Sequence record: SRR20825006_2978
DNA: 40,009 bases
Reading direction: 5' to 3' (one strand)
The position numbers and the translations under genes were made by a program. The notes under the pieces are model-generated. The model made no database searches and had not been told where the DNA came from. It was given only the letters and a program-made list of their open reading frames with translations. This document shows, piece by piece, positions 28,147-37,551 of the stretch; position 1 is the stretch's first letter, and every line of letters begins with the position of its first letter.

Positions 28147-28878
28147 TCACTCGGTGACAGTGATCTCGATATCGCTTTCGATGCCGACGAATCGTCCCTC
28201 GAGGTTGACCGTGGTCTCGCCAGGGCTGACGAAGGTGACGAGGCAGTCGTACTTTGTGACCGTGGCGATCGATTCGTCGGCGCTCTCACAGATCTTGTCC
28301 GCCTCGATCTCCTCGAAGTTTTCGTCCAGGGTTTCGAGGTAGATCTGGCAGGTTTCGCCGACCTTCCCCGAGCACGAGCCCGGAGAGCTGTAGCTCGCGG
28401 AGATGACGCTTATCGCGAAGCGGCTCTCGGCGCTCAGTCCGCCCGAACTCACGGTGATTATCACGCTGCCCTCGGATTCACCGCGCAAGATCCCCGAGGC
28501 GTTGATCGAGCCGACGAAGGGATCGGTCGTTTCGTAGGAGAAGACGGCATCCTCGACGCGTGTGCCATCGGGGGCGATGAGCCACGGCTCGAAGGTGAAC
28601 TCGCTCCCAGGATCGAGATAGAGAAAGGTCGGGATGTTATCGATCTTGCCTCCCGGGCACATCTCGGATGTGCAGCCTGGCGAGAGATCGGCATCCATCG
28701 CGTTCATATCCGCGATGTCCTCGCTCATATCCGATGACATATCGATGTCCATGTTCGCGTCGGCGTCTCCCATATCCTCCTGGTTCGAAGGTTGTGAGTC
28801 ATCGTCTGCGTCTGCGCTACAGGCGGCCAGACAGAGCGAGAGCGTGATGGCGAGTAGGCGTGGGGTGATCCGTGTCAT
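28147..28878 (-). CDS. Lipoprotein with Asp/Met-rich linker and two bacterial Ig-like (Big_2-like) domains
   Basis: Start MTRITPR (28878), lipobox LAAC, YETTDPFVGSINASG...GSVIITVS and SADESIATV...PGETTV. Confidence 0.75.
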   Translation of the reverse strand: MTRITPRLLAITLSLCLAACSADADDDSQPSNQEDMGDADANMDIDMSSDMSEDIADMNAMDADLSPGCTSEMCPGGKIDNIPTFLYLDPGSEFTFEPWLIAPDGTRVEDAVFSYETTDPFVGSINASGILRGESEGSVIITVSSGGLSAESRFAISVISASYSSPGSCSGKVGETCQIYLETLDENFEEIEADKICESADESIATVTKYDCLVTFVSPGETTVNLEGRFVGIESDIEITVTE

Positions 28879-29069
28879 GGTGTAAGATCCTGGAGGAGGA
28901 ATGTGGTATTCGAGTTGTGAATCTTGTTCGAGATAGTGGTATGTCATCTTTGGTTAACAAGATTGGGGTAAAATAATCTATGTTTTGTGATTAGCACGCT
29001 CGCGCTTTCGCGCCAAATGCAAAAGAGGGCGTTGTTGTTCGTGGCGTGTAGCTTGGAGGAGCTCTCGAG

Positions 29070-30746
29070 ATGTTTTTGGAGGCGTTGGTTTTATTGAGCG
29101 GGACCGCTGCGGCGGGTTACGGGATCTCTCGGCTGTTGTTGTACGCGCTCGAGCGAAGGGGCCCTGTGTACCTGATGTCGATTCTCGAAGCGGGAGTGTT
29201 CGAGCTGGTTCATACGCGAGGTGGTAGACCTCGCGTCGGCTCGCGCGGCATCGAGGTTCCAGCCCAGGGGCTTCGCATGACGGTGATGATCCAGGAGGAA
29301 GACTCGGCGCTGGTCCTCTTGGGTCATGCGGAGGCGCCCGCGTTCGTTCACCAACGCATCTCGTTGAGGGGGAGCTTTGACGGGTGGAGGGTGGAGCACG
29401 TGCCGATGCAGACGATCGTGCAGGAGGAGGTCTTTGGCGATCAGAGTCGAAACAGACCTTACGCCGAGGGGTATGTGATTTGCGCCACGGATCAGGTCGT
29501 GTTTTCGCTCGGTGACGAGTCCTTGAGGTTCATGCTCAGGGATTTTCTGGGGCTCTTTGGCGGGGCGCATCCAGACGTGATGAAGTCGATCCTCGATGGC
29601 CGCATGCCATTGATTCCGGCGAAGTTGAGTTGGGATGAGGAGGAGGTCTCGGTTACCTGGTGGACGCATTCCACCGGAGGTCTTCGCCAACAGGATGTCC
29701 AGATCGGTATCGGCGGGATGTTGCGTTTCTTCGAGGCGGTATCACGCGCCGCGAGCGCTCCGGGTGGGATCGCGCAGTTGTTGTACACGCGAGGGTTATC
29801 CGATGATTTGTGCGCGACGATATTCGGACTTCGTGTGGCGGCATCCCTGCTCGAGGATGAGCAGGAGCTCCAGGAGTTAAGAGCGCGCGCGCTGGCGCTC
29901 CAGGCGGATCGTTTCCGGGTGTGTCTGTTGGCGCTTCCCTGGGAAGAGGTCGAGGACGCATCGCGCGCCATGCCGCTGATGTCCCTATACGCCTTGCTCG
30001 AGGACACCTTCACGCTCGCGCAGAACGCGAGGGATCGCGGGCTCATGTTGGAGGACACCTATCCCGCCAACTTCGAGGCGTTGGGGCGGTTGATCAACGA
30101 GAGGTCTCCTGATGGGAGCGTGGTCGGCGTGTTGGAGCGAGCGCCCAGGACAGCTCACTTTGTCCTCGCCGCGCGAGGTCAGGAGTTCCTCAGGAGGTTT
30201 CTGTGTGAGGAGTTTGGCGAATACGCGCACAGGATGAGGCCGCTGGCGTTGGCCGGGTTTTACGACCTCGCCGCGCAGGACCCCGAGTGGGATTACAGCG
30301 GTCTACTGCGCGGCACGCCGCGCGAACTCGAGGGGGTGCTCGTGGCCTCGGGGGTCAGGAGTGTGGTGATGAACCTGGTCGAGCATCACCCCGAGGCGCT
30401 CGATGATGTGGAGGTCGATGCGGTTATTCTGGAGGCGATCCGTGTGGGCAGGATCGAGGATGCGCGCGTGATGCGGGACAGGTTGCTCGATTTCGGGAGC
30501 CCGCGCGCGCTCATCGACGTGCGCGCGATCCTGGATAGGTATCGCTACGATTTGGGGAGGGAGCGAGAGATGGTCTTCGAGCAGTTGATCGCTGTCTGGT
30601 CTGCGCGCGGCGGTGACGCGGTGGGAGGGTTGACGATCTCGTCTGGCGAGGGCGGGGAGTTGACGATGGCCAGCGATGTCGGCGGATTGACCGAGGTCGT
30701 ATCGAGGGAAGAAGCAGCCAGTGACGAAGGCTGCGAGGAGGGTTGA
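29070..30746 (+). CDS. Hypothetical membrane-anchored helical protein with C-terminal GGLT repeats
   Basis: 558-aa ORF with GGAGGAG RBS, N-terminal hydrophobic helix, tail GGLT-x-GGELT-x-GGLT. Confidence 0.7.
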   Translation: MFLEALVLLSGTAAAGYGISRLLLYALERRGPVYLMSILEAGVFELVHTRGGRPRVGSRGIEVPAQGLRMTVMIQEEDSALVLLGHAEAPAFVHQRISLRGSFDGWRVEHVPMQTIVQEEVFGDQSRNRPYAEGYVICATDQVVFSLGDESLRFMLRDFLGLFGGAHPDVMKSILDGRMPLIPAKLSWDEEEVSVTWWTHSTGGLRQQDVQIGIGGMLRFFEAVSRAASAPGGIAQLLYTRGLSDDLCATIFGLRVAASLLEDEQELQELRARALALQADRFRVCLLALPWEEVEDASRAMPLMSLYALLEDTFTLAQNARDRGLMLEDTYPANFEALGRLINERSPDGSVVGVLERAPRTAHFVLAARGQEFLRRFLCEEFGEYAHRMRPLALAGFYDLAAQDPEWDYSGLLRGTPRELEGVLVASGVRSVVMNLVEHHPEALDDVEVDAVILEAIRVGRIEDARVMRDRLLDFGSPRALIDVRAILDRYRYDLGREREMVFEQLIAVWSARGGDAVGGLTISSGEGGELTMASDVGGLTEVVSREEAASDEGCEEG

Positions 30747-30770
30747 CAGAGCGCGGAAACTGCTTATAGT
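30743..30770 (+). promoter_or_regulatory. Sigma70-type promoter for the rimP operon
   Basis: TTGACA (30743-30748), 16-bp spacer, TATAGT (30765-30770). Confidence 0.65.
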
Positions 30771-30929
30771 TCGCATCAGTCTCGCGGACCCGTTTTGTAA
30801 ACAGGTTCTCCGACCTCTCATTCTGAAGGTCGAGCGAGTGCCCCGGGCAAGATTTGGATGAGGTGTTTTCATCCCTTGCTCGAGCAGAAACGCCAACACT
30901 TTTTGGGTTGGCGTCGACGGACTTCATGG

Positions 30930-30953
30930 AAGTGGGCTTATGCCCACTTTTTT
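30930..30953 (+). terminator. rimP-leader attenuator hairpin
   Basis: AAGTGGGC-TTAT-GCCCACTTTTTT upstream of rimP, resembling the terminator-like leader hairpin typical of rimP-nusA-infB operons. Confidence 0.8.
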
Positions 30954-31086
30954 GTTTGTCACCCTCCTCTCGACGGTTGAACCGACAAGGAACCAACGCA
31001 GAGAGGCGCACGTCACGGGCAGACGGTGTGCTGGCAGGGGTGTGTGATCGACAGGACGATACAAGAGCACCGGGAGTTGTAGCAGG

Positions 31087-31677
31087 TTGAGCAAGCGCAA
31101 GAGAAAATCGAGGCGTCGTGACGCGAGCAGCGCATCATCTTCGCAAGCGCCATCCAAGCCATTGACCGAGGAGATCAAGATCGCCATCGAGTCATGGGGC
31201 GAGGAGGCCGCGGATGTGGTTGGCGTGGAGCTCGTGGATGTGGAGTTTTCGACGCCGGGTCAATGGCTCGTGCGTGTCTACGCGCAGCGTCCAGGAAACC
31301 CTGGCCCTGGTCAGGGGATCACGATCGATCAATGCGCCGAGGTCTCGAGATACATCGAGGCCATGTTCGACGCGGACGAGCGCGTACCCGAGCGGTACAA
31401 TCTGGAGGTGTCGAGCCCAGGGATCGAGCGAGATCTCAAGAGGGTCAAGCACTACAGGCAGGTTATCGGCGCGACGGTGCGCGTGGTCTTGCGCGATGCG
31501 ATCGATGGTCGCTACGCGTTTGAGGGTGAGTTGGTGGAAGTCTCGGAAGATGGCGAGACGATCGTATTGTCAGGGGTCCAGGTGGACGCTGGCGAGGACG
31601 CGATCGATCGCCTCGAGGTTGCCTTCGCCTCCATCAAGCGCGCGAACACCGTGTACGACTTTTCATCTGGGAAATGA
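31087..31677 (+). CDS. rimP: Ribosome maturation factor RimP
   Basis: GVELVDVE, GITIDQCAEVSR, YNLEVSSPGIER; first gene before nusA; TTG start uncertain. Confidence 0.95.
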   Translation: MSKRKRKSRRRDASSASSSQAPSKPLTEEIKIAIESWGEEAADVVGVELVDVEFSTPGQWLVRVYAQRPGNPGPGQGITIDQCAEVSRYIEAMFDADERVPERYNLEVSSPGIERDLKRVKHYRQVIGATVRVVLRDAIDGRYAFEGELVEVSEDGETIVLSGVQVDAGEDAIDRLEVAFASIKRANTVYDFSSGK

Positions 31678-31756
31678 AGTGGCCGCGCTCGGGGGTTGGT
31701 GGTGTTCACCAGCCCAGGAGAAGAGGGCGGCGATAGAGAAATGGAGCGCTTAGAAG

Positions 31757-33394
31757 ATGAACCTCAATCACATCATCGATAGTGTCGGTAAGGACAAGGG
31801 GATCGAACGCGAGATCCTGGTCGAGACGTTGAAGTCGGCGATCCTGACCGCAGCGCGCCGCACCTATGGCGCTCAGCGAGAGATCGAAGCGCACTACAAC
31901 GAGGACTCCGGCGAGGTGGAGCTCTACCAGATCATCACGGTGGAGGACTTCGTCGAGAACCCTTACCGCGAGGTGAGCGTGGAGGAGGTCGAGGAGGCTG
32001 GCTTTGCCGCCGAGCCTGGCGACGAGCTCCTCTTCCAGATCTTCTACCGCGAGGAAGATCGCGAGAAGGCCAAGCTCCAGGACAACCGCTACGGCAAGCT
32101 GCTCAAGCTCGACTCGTACAACTCGACCTTCGGGCGCATCGCCGCGCAGACGGCCAAGCAGGTGATCATCCAGCGTATCCGCGAGGCGGAGCGCGATATC
32201 ATCTACAACGAGTACAAGGATCGCATCGGCGAGATGCTCACGGGCCTCGTGCGCCGCTTCGAGAAGGGCAACATTATCGTTGACCTCGGGCGCACCGACG
32301 CCATCCTTCCACGCCGCGAGCAGACCCCGCGCGAGAGCTATCGCCCGGGAGATCGCATCCAGGCGATGATCAAGGAAGTGCAGCGCTCCTCGAGGGACCC
32401 GCAGGTCGTGATCACGCGCGCCGATCCTCAGCTTTTGTTCGAGCTGTTCGAGCTCGAGGTGCCAGAGATCCACGAGGGGATCGTGCGCATCGTCGCCGTG
32501 GCCAGGGAGCCAGGCGTGCGAAGCAAGGTCGCCGTGTATTCGCGCGACTCGGACGTCGACCCGGTGGGCGCTTGCGTCGGTATGCGCGGTTCGCGCGTGC
32601 AGGCCGTGGTTCAGGAGCTTCGCGGAGAGAAGATCGACATCGTGCCTTACGTCGAGGACGCGGCGCGCTTTGTCTGTAACGCGATCAGCCCGGCGGAGGT
32701 CGCCAAGGTTTTGATCGACGATCTGAATATGACGATGGAGTTGATTGTTCCTGATGACCAACTCTCGCTGGCGATCGGTCGCGGCGGGCAGAACGTGCGC
32801 CTGGCGGCGCAGTTGAGTGGTTGGAACCTGGACATCATCAGCGAGACGCGCCTCAAGGGGATGATGGCCGAGACGCGCCAGAACCTGCTCGAGTTCGACG
32901 GCATCGACGAGGACATGATCGATACGCTGTTCACCCTGGGATACAACAAGCTCGAGCACATCGCTCAGGCGGAGAACCAGGATGTCGCTCAAATTCCAGG
33001 CTTTAACGTCGAGAGCGCAGGGCGTATTATCGAGGCGGCCAACGAAATCCTCGCGCGACCAAAGGCGGGAACGCCCGAGGCGATGACGCCCGAGGATAAG
33101 GAACGCGCCAAACTCACCGAACAGATCAAGGGCGTCGGGCAAAAGACGGCGACCAAGATGTGGGAGACCGGCTATCGGTCACCCGAGCATATTTTGTATC
33201 AGGACGACACGCAGGCATTCGCTGATGCGGTGGGCGTCCCGTTCAAGAAAGCACGTCAACTCTGGTACGCGGCCAAGGAGTATTTGGAGCGCGAAGAGGG
33301 GTTGACGGATGAGAACTTCGAGGAGCGCAAGCAAGCGTTCATCGATGAGCACGGCCCCATCGGGGTCGTCAAGGGGGCCTCTGAGGAGGAATGA
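31757..33394 (+). CDS. nusA: Transcription termination/antitermination factor NusA
   Basis: [16 protein letters not shown]1 domain, [40 protein letters not shown]-terminal HhH-like repeats. Confidence 0.99.
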   Translation: MNLNHIIDSVGKDKGIEREILVETLKSAILTAARRTYGAQREIEAHYNEDSGEVELYQIITVEDFVENPYREVSVEEVEEAGFAAEPGDELLFQIFYREEDREKAKLQDNRYGKLLKLDSYNSTFGRIAAQTAKQVIIQRIREAERDIIYNEYKDRIGEMLTGLVRRFEKGNIIVDLGRTDAILPRREQTPRESYRPGDRIQAMIKEVQRSSRDPQVVITRADPQLLFELFELEVPEIHEGIVRIVAVAREPGVRSKVAVYSRDSDVDPVGACVGMRGSRVQAVVQELRGEKIDIVPYVEDAARFVCNAISPAEVAKVLIDDLNMTMELIVPDDQLSLAIGRGGQNVRLAAQLSGWNLDIISETRLKGMMAETRQNLLEFDGIDEDMIDTLFTLGYNKLEHIAQAENQDVAQIPGFNVESAGRIIEAANEILARPKAGTPEAMTPEDKERAKLTEQIKGVGQKTATKMWETGYRSPEHILYQDDTQAFADAVGVPFKKARQLWYAAKEYLEREEGLTDENFEERKQAFIDEHGPIGVVKGASEEE

Positions 33395-33673
33395 GCTCTT
33401 GTTTTAGGGCGTCGAAGCATCGCAAGCTGACGCCCGGCTCGAGCAGATTTCCACCACAGAGGGTAGTAACAACAGCCAAGAGCGCGAGCGTGCGGCGAGC
33501 TCGAACGACCGACTGGAGGACCAGCGGTTGTTTGGCCAAAGCGAGCTGCACACTGAGCGATGTTTTGGCTCGGGCAGAAAAAAGGAACGTGAACTGCCCG
33601 AACCGAGATATCGAACGGGAACCTCGCCGCTCCAGACAGACACGGAGGATGTCTTGCGGAAAGAAGCCATTCG

Positions 33674-34273
33674 ATGAGCACGAAACATAAGCAGAGGGAG
33701 GCATCCGAGCGCACGTGCGCTGGATGCCGTGAGACCCTCGCTCCCGAGAGCCTCGAGCGCTTCATCCTGATGGATGAGGAGCTCGTTCATGACCTGCGCA
33801 AGCGCGCTCCGGGGCGAGGTGCCTGGGTCATGGCTAGAAGGGAGTGCCTCGAAAGGGCGCTCGCGGGTGGATTCGCCCGCAGCTTCAAAAGCCGAGTCAA
33901 GGCGCCCAAGCCCGAGGAGCTCGTCGAGAGCATGTCGCAAGGCATCCGTCTCCGCCTCAAGGAGACGCTCCAGGTCGGTGTCCGCGCGAGGCAACTCGCG
34001 ATCGGGCAAGAGGCCGTCAGCGAAGCCTTCAAGCAGGACAGAGTTTGTCTGCTGCTTCTGGGCAACGACGCCTCAGCTGGGACGCGCAAGCGCTTCGCAG
34101 CGAACGCAGAGCGCAAGGGAGTCGAGGTGAGCGAGGATCTCACAGGTAGTTTGCTCGGAACGTGGTTGGGCAGAGAGTTTGTCTCGACCCTTGGAGTTTG
34201 CGACGCAGGTCGCGCCAACCAGATCCGCTATGATCTCGAGTGCTTGAATGCACTCGGGGCGGTTCAGGGTTGA
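33674..34273 (+). CDS. YlxR (DUF448) - L7Ae/YlxQ fusion RNA-binding protein
   Basis: ERTCAGCR and PGRGAWV...C (YlxR), then RARQLAIGQEAV...LLLLGNDAS...LGTWLGR (L7Ae-like); between nusA and infB. Confidence 0.88.
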   Translation: MSTKHKQREASERTCAGCRETLAPESLERFILMDEELVHDLRKRAPGRGAWVMARRECLERALAGGFARSFKSRVKAPKPEELVESMSQGIRLRLKETLQVGVRARQLAIGQEAVSEAFKQDRVCLLLLGNDASAGTRKRFAANAERKGVEVSEDLTGSLLGTWLGREFVSTLGVCDAGRANQIRYDLECLNALGAVQG

Positions 34274-34465
34274 ATCCTTCAAGGATGTTCGTTAAGGAGA
34301 CGGACAGCGTCGGGAATCGAAACGCGATGTGCCACGGTTCCGGGGAAGTTGTGGGAGCCTCATCTTGTAGAGTTCATAAAGGAAAGAACTCGCGCGAGAG
34401 GGGTCACCCGATGAATTGAAAAATGCCGCACCAGCAAGAAACGCGGGCGGCATAGTGGAGAGTGC

Positions 34466-37351
34466 ATGTCAAAGAGACAACGCGTCTTAGAACTGGCCAG
34501 AGAGCTGGGCTATGCAAATCAGGAACTCGTGACCAAGATCAACGATCTCAACCTCGGCATTCGCGTCTCGAACGTGATGACGGCGTTGACCGAAGATGAG
34601 GTCAGCAAGATCAAAGGTGCCCTCAAGAAAGCTGAGGCCGCCAGCAGCAAAGCCACCAACGGTGGCGCCGCTGCACCTATCAAACGTCGCAGCAAGAAAG
34701 CACAGGTCGAAGTCATCGAGGACGGTGATGACTTCCCCACCGGCGAGTCCGTCGGTCCTGTCCTGCGTCGCAAGAAGGCCCCGACCATGCGCCGTCGCGT
34801 CCCCGCCGCTGGTGAAGCAGGTGAGGAGGCAGCAGCGCAAGAAGCACAGGCTGACGCGCCCGCAGCGGTCGCCGAAGCCAAGGCAGACGCCGCACCGGCA
34901 GCTGCCGTCGCGCCCGTCTCCGAGCCTGTCGCCGAGGCGAAAGCCGACGCGACACCAAAGGCAGAGGAGGCCGCGGCCGCTTCGACCGAGCCAAAGGAAG
35001 AGTCCGCGGCGCAGGAGGCAGCTCCTGCCGAGCCAAAGGAAGAGCCCGCGAAAATCGTGGCGACTCCCGAGGCCAAGAAGCCCGAGGCTGCTCCAGAGGC
35101 AAAGAAAACGGAAGCCGAGGTCGTCAAGACCCCAGAGGCAAATACCCCCGCAGTGGCCGCCGAGGCCAAACCTGCGGCCAGGGAGCAAAAGCCTCAACCC
35201 AAACCAGAGCGCAAGCCCGAGACCTCGCAGCGTCGTCCCTCCGCGCCTAGCCGCGCAGAGGCTAGTTCGTCCGCGAGCGCTTCGGCAGCCGCAGGCAACA
35301 AGGGCGCGCAGGTGTTGGGTCGCATCGACCTCGACACGATGCAAAACCGCCTCGACGGTCGCATCTTCGAAGCTCCTGGTGGCAACTCCGATAAGGATCG
35401 TCGCCGCAAGAAGCATCAACGCAACCGCAACGATCGCAGCGACAACAACGATCGCGGCGGCGGGCGCGGACGCGGAAACCGTTCGATCCGAGACGTGAGC
35501 TCGCTCTACGTCGATGATCGTCGCGGGCGTGGCCGCAACCAAAAGAAGAAGAAGTCCAAGAAGACCGAAATTACGACCGCTGCAGAGCACAAGCGCGTGG
35601 TCCGTATCGAGGATACGATCACCGTCGGCGAGCTCGGTCGTGATATGGGCGTCAAGGCTGGCTTGCTCGCGCTCAAGCTCATGGAAATGGGCATGAAAGC
35701 GACCGTCAACACCACGCTCGACTTCGAGACCGCGCAACTTATCGCGCTCGAGTTCGATCACACCGTGGAGAACGTCGCCTTCGACATCACCCGCTTCTAT
35801 GACACGAGCGAGGATGACGCCGAGCTTCAGGTAACGCGTCCTCCAGTCGTCACCGTCATGGGTCACGTCGACCACGGTAAGACGTCGCTGCTCGATGCCA
35901 TCCGCGCATCCTCGGTGACCACCACCGAGGCCGGCGGCATCACCCAGCACATCGGTGCGTACACCGTCCAGACCGACGCTGGTGGCTTGATCACCTTCCT
36001 CGATACACCGGGTCACGAGGCGTTCACCGCCTTGCGTGCTCGCGGTGCGCAGGCGACCGACATCGTCGTGCTCGTCGTCGCTTCGGATGATGGCGTCATG
36101 CCTCAGACCGTCGAGGCGATCAACCACTCCCGCGATGCCGGCGTGCCGATCATCGTGGCTGTGAACAAGATCGATAAGCCATCGGCAAACCCCGATCGTG
36201 TCAAGCAGGCGCTCATCGAGTACAACCTCACTCCCGAGGAGTGGGGCGGCGAGACGCAGTACGTCGAGGTCTCCGCGCTCAAAGGGATCAACATTGGCGA
36301 ACTCGTCGAGCAAATCGCACTTCGCGCAGAGGTCGAAGAGCTCACCGCACGCTCCGATCGCGACGCACAGGGTATCGTCATCGAGTCTCGCCTCGACACC
36401 GGTCGTGGCCCTCTCGCGACGGTCCTCGTGCAACGCGGTACGCTCCGCACTGGCGACATCGTGGTCGTCGGCGAGCACTACGGTCGCGTTCGTACCATGT
36501 ACGACCACCGCGGAGATGACCTGACCGAAGCTGGCCCCTCGATCCCTGCCGAGATCACTGGTCTCGGCGGTGTCCCCGAGGCTGGCGAGCCCTTCTTCGT
36601 CGTCGCCGAAGAGCGCGACGCGAAGATGATCACTGGCAACGTCGCAGAGCAGCACCGTCAGCGCCGCATGGCAGACCTCGCGAAGTCTGGCATGGACAAG
36701 CTGATGAGCCTGATCAACGAGGGCGGAGAGCGTAAGAAGCTCAAGGTCATCGTCAAGGGCGACGTGCAAGGTTCGATCGAGGCGCTTCGCGGCTCGTTCG
36801 GCAAGATCGGAAACGATGAGGTCTCCATCGATGTCATCCACGCCGCCGTCGGTGGCGTGACCGAGAACGATGTCAACCTCGCGGCGTCCTCCGAAGATGC
36901 CGTCGTGATCGTCGGGTTCAACGTCCGCGCCGATAACCGCGCGGTCGAAGTTGCGGAGAAGTACGACATTCAAATCCTCACCTTCAACATCATCTACGAC
37001 GCCGTCGACACCTTGCGTCAGCTTGTCGAAGGGATGCTCTCTCCAATCCAGGAAGAGAACGTCATCGGTCAGGCAGAGGTTCGCGAGACCTTCCACGCAC
37101 CAAAGGTCGGCACCATCGCCGGTTGCTACGTCACCCAGGGGCAGCTGCGACGCAACTCGCGCGCACGCCTCTACCGCGATGGCAAGCTCGTTTATGATTC
37201 CTCGCTCGCTTCGCTGCGTCGCTTCAAAGACGACGTGCGCGAGGTCAAGAGCGGGTTCGAATGCGGTACGTCGCTCGAGAACTTCAACGACATCAAGGTC
37301 GGTGACGTCATCGAGGCTTACGAAATCATCGAAGTCGCCGCGACGCTCTGA
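34466..37351 (+). CDS. infB: Translation initiation factor IF-2
   Basis: RPPVVTVMGHVDHGKTSLLD, AGGITQHIGAY, DTPGHEAF, NKID, LRRFKDDVREV..GFECG. Confidence 0.99.
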   Translation: MSKRQRVLELARELGYANQELVTKINDLNLGIRVSNVMTALTEDEVSKIKGALKKAEAASSKATNGGAAAPIKRRSKKAQVEVIEDGDDFPTGESVGPVLRRKKAPTMRRRVPAAGEAGEEAAAQEAQADAPAAVAEAKADAAPAAAVAPVSEPVAEAKADATPKAEEAAAASTEPKEESAAQEAAPAEPKEEPAKIVATPEAKKPEAAPEAKKTEAEVVKTPEANTPAVAAEAKPAAREQKPQPKPERKPETSQRRPSAPSRAEASSSASASAAAGNKGAQVLGRIDLDTMQNRLDGRIFEAPGGNSDKDRRRKKHQRNRNDRSDNNDRGGGRGRGNRSIRDVSSLYVDDRRGRGRNQKKKKSKKTEITTAAEHKRVVRIEDTITVGELGRDMGVKAGLLALKLMEMGMKATVNTTLDFETAQLIALEFDHTVENVAFDITRFYDTSEDDAELQVTRPPVVTVMGHVDHGKTSLLDAIRASSVTTTEAGGITQHIGAYTVQTDAGGLITFLDTPGHEAFTALRARGAQATDIVVLVVASDDGVMPQTVEAINHSRDAGVPIIVAVNKIDKPSANPDRVKQALIEYNLTPEEWGGETQYVEVSALKGINIGELVEQIALRAEVEELTARSDRDAQGIVIESRLDTGRGPLATVLVQRGTLRTGDIVVVGEHYGRVRTMYDHRGDDLTEAGPSIPAEITGLGGVPEAGEPFFVVAEERDAKMITGNVAEQHRQRRMADLAKSGMDKLMSLINEGGERKKLKVIVKGDVQGSIEALRGSFGKIGNDEVSIDVIHAAVGGVTENDVNLAASSEDAVVIVGFNVRADNRAVEVAEKYDIQILTFNIIYDAVDTLRQLVEGMLSPIQEENVIGQAEVRETFHAPKVGTIAGCYVTQGQLRRNSRARLYRDGKLVYDSSLASLRRFKDDVREVKSGFECGTSLENFNDIKVGDVIEAYEIIEVAATL

Positions 37352-37366
37352 TTCGAGACGCCGATA

Positions 37367-37458
37367 TCATCCGAGGTCAAGACCTCGGATGAACAAGCGC
37401 CAGGCACCCGAAAGGCTCCATCCTCCCCCAGAAGGGAAGGTGGAGCCTTTCTTCTTTC
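37367..37458 (+). terminator. Tandem hairpins ending the infB transcript
   Basis: TCATCCGAGGTC-AA-GACCTCGGATGA (37367-37392), then GAAAGGCTCCA...TGGAGCCTTTC followed by TTCTTTC. Confidence 0.75.
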
Positions 37459-37551
37459 TCGCGCATTGGCGTATACCTTTCCCACCGGATGAGACGCATG
37501 GTTTCATCCTCGTTGCTCCTCTCCTTACCTGCTCAGGAAGGTTGCCTGCTT

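Noticed and set aside
30775-30860. Possible tRNA upstream of rimP (as metY in E. coli)
   Set aside because: No cloverleaf, T-loop GTTCRA or CCA end.
33391-33690. 99-aa ORF between nusA and ylxR
   Set aside because: Arg/Ser-rich sequence without recognisable features; overlaps ylxR start.
34487-37096. 869-aa antisense ORF over infB (likewise 31706-33142 over nusA, 14575-15819 over hemL, 10872-12029, 12781-14115)
   Set aside because: Stop-free mirror frames of GC-biased genes, no recognisable domains.
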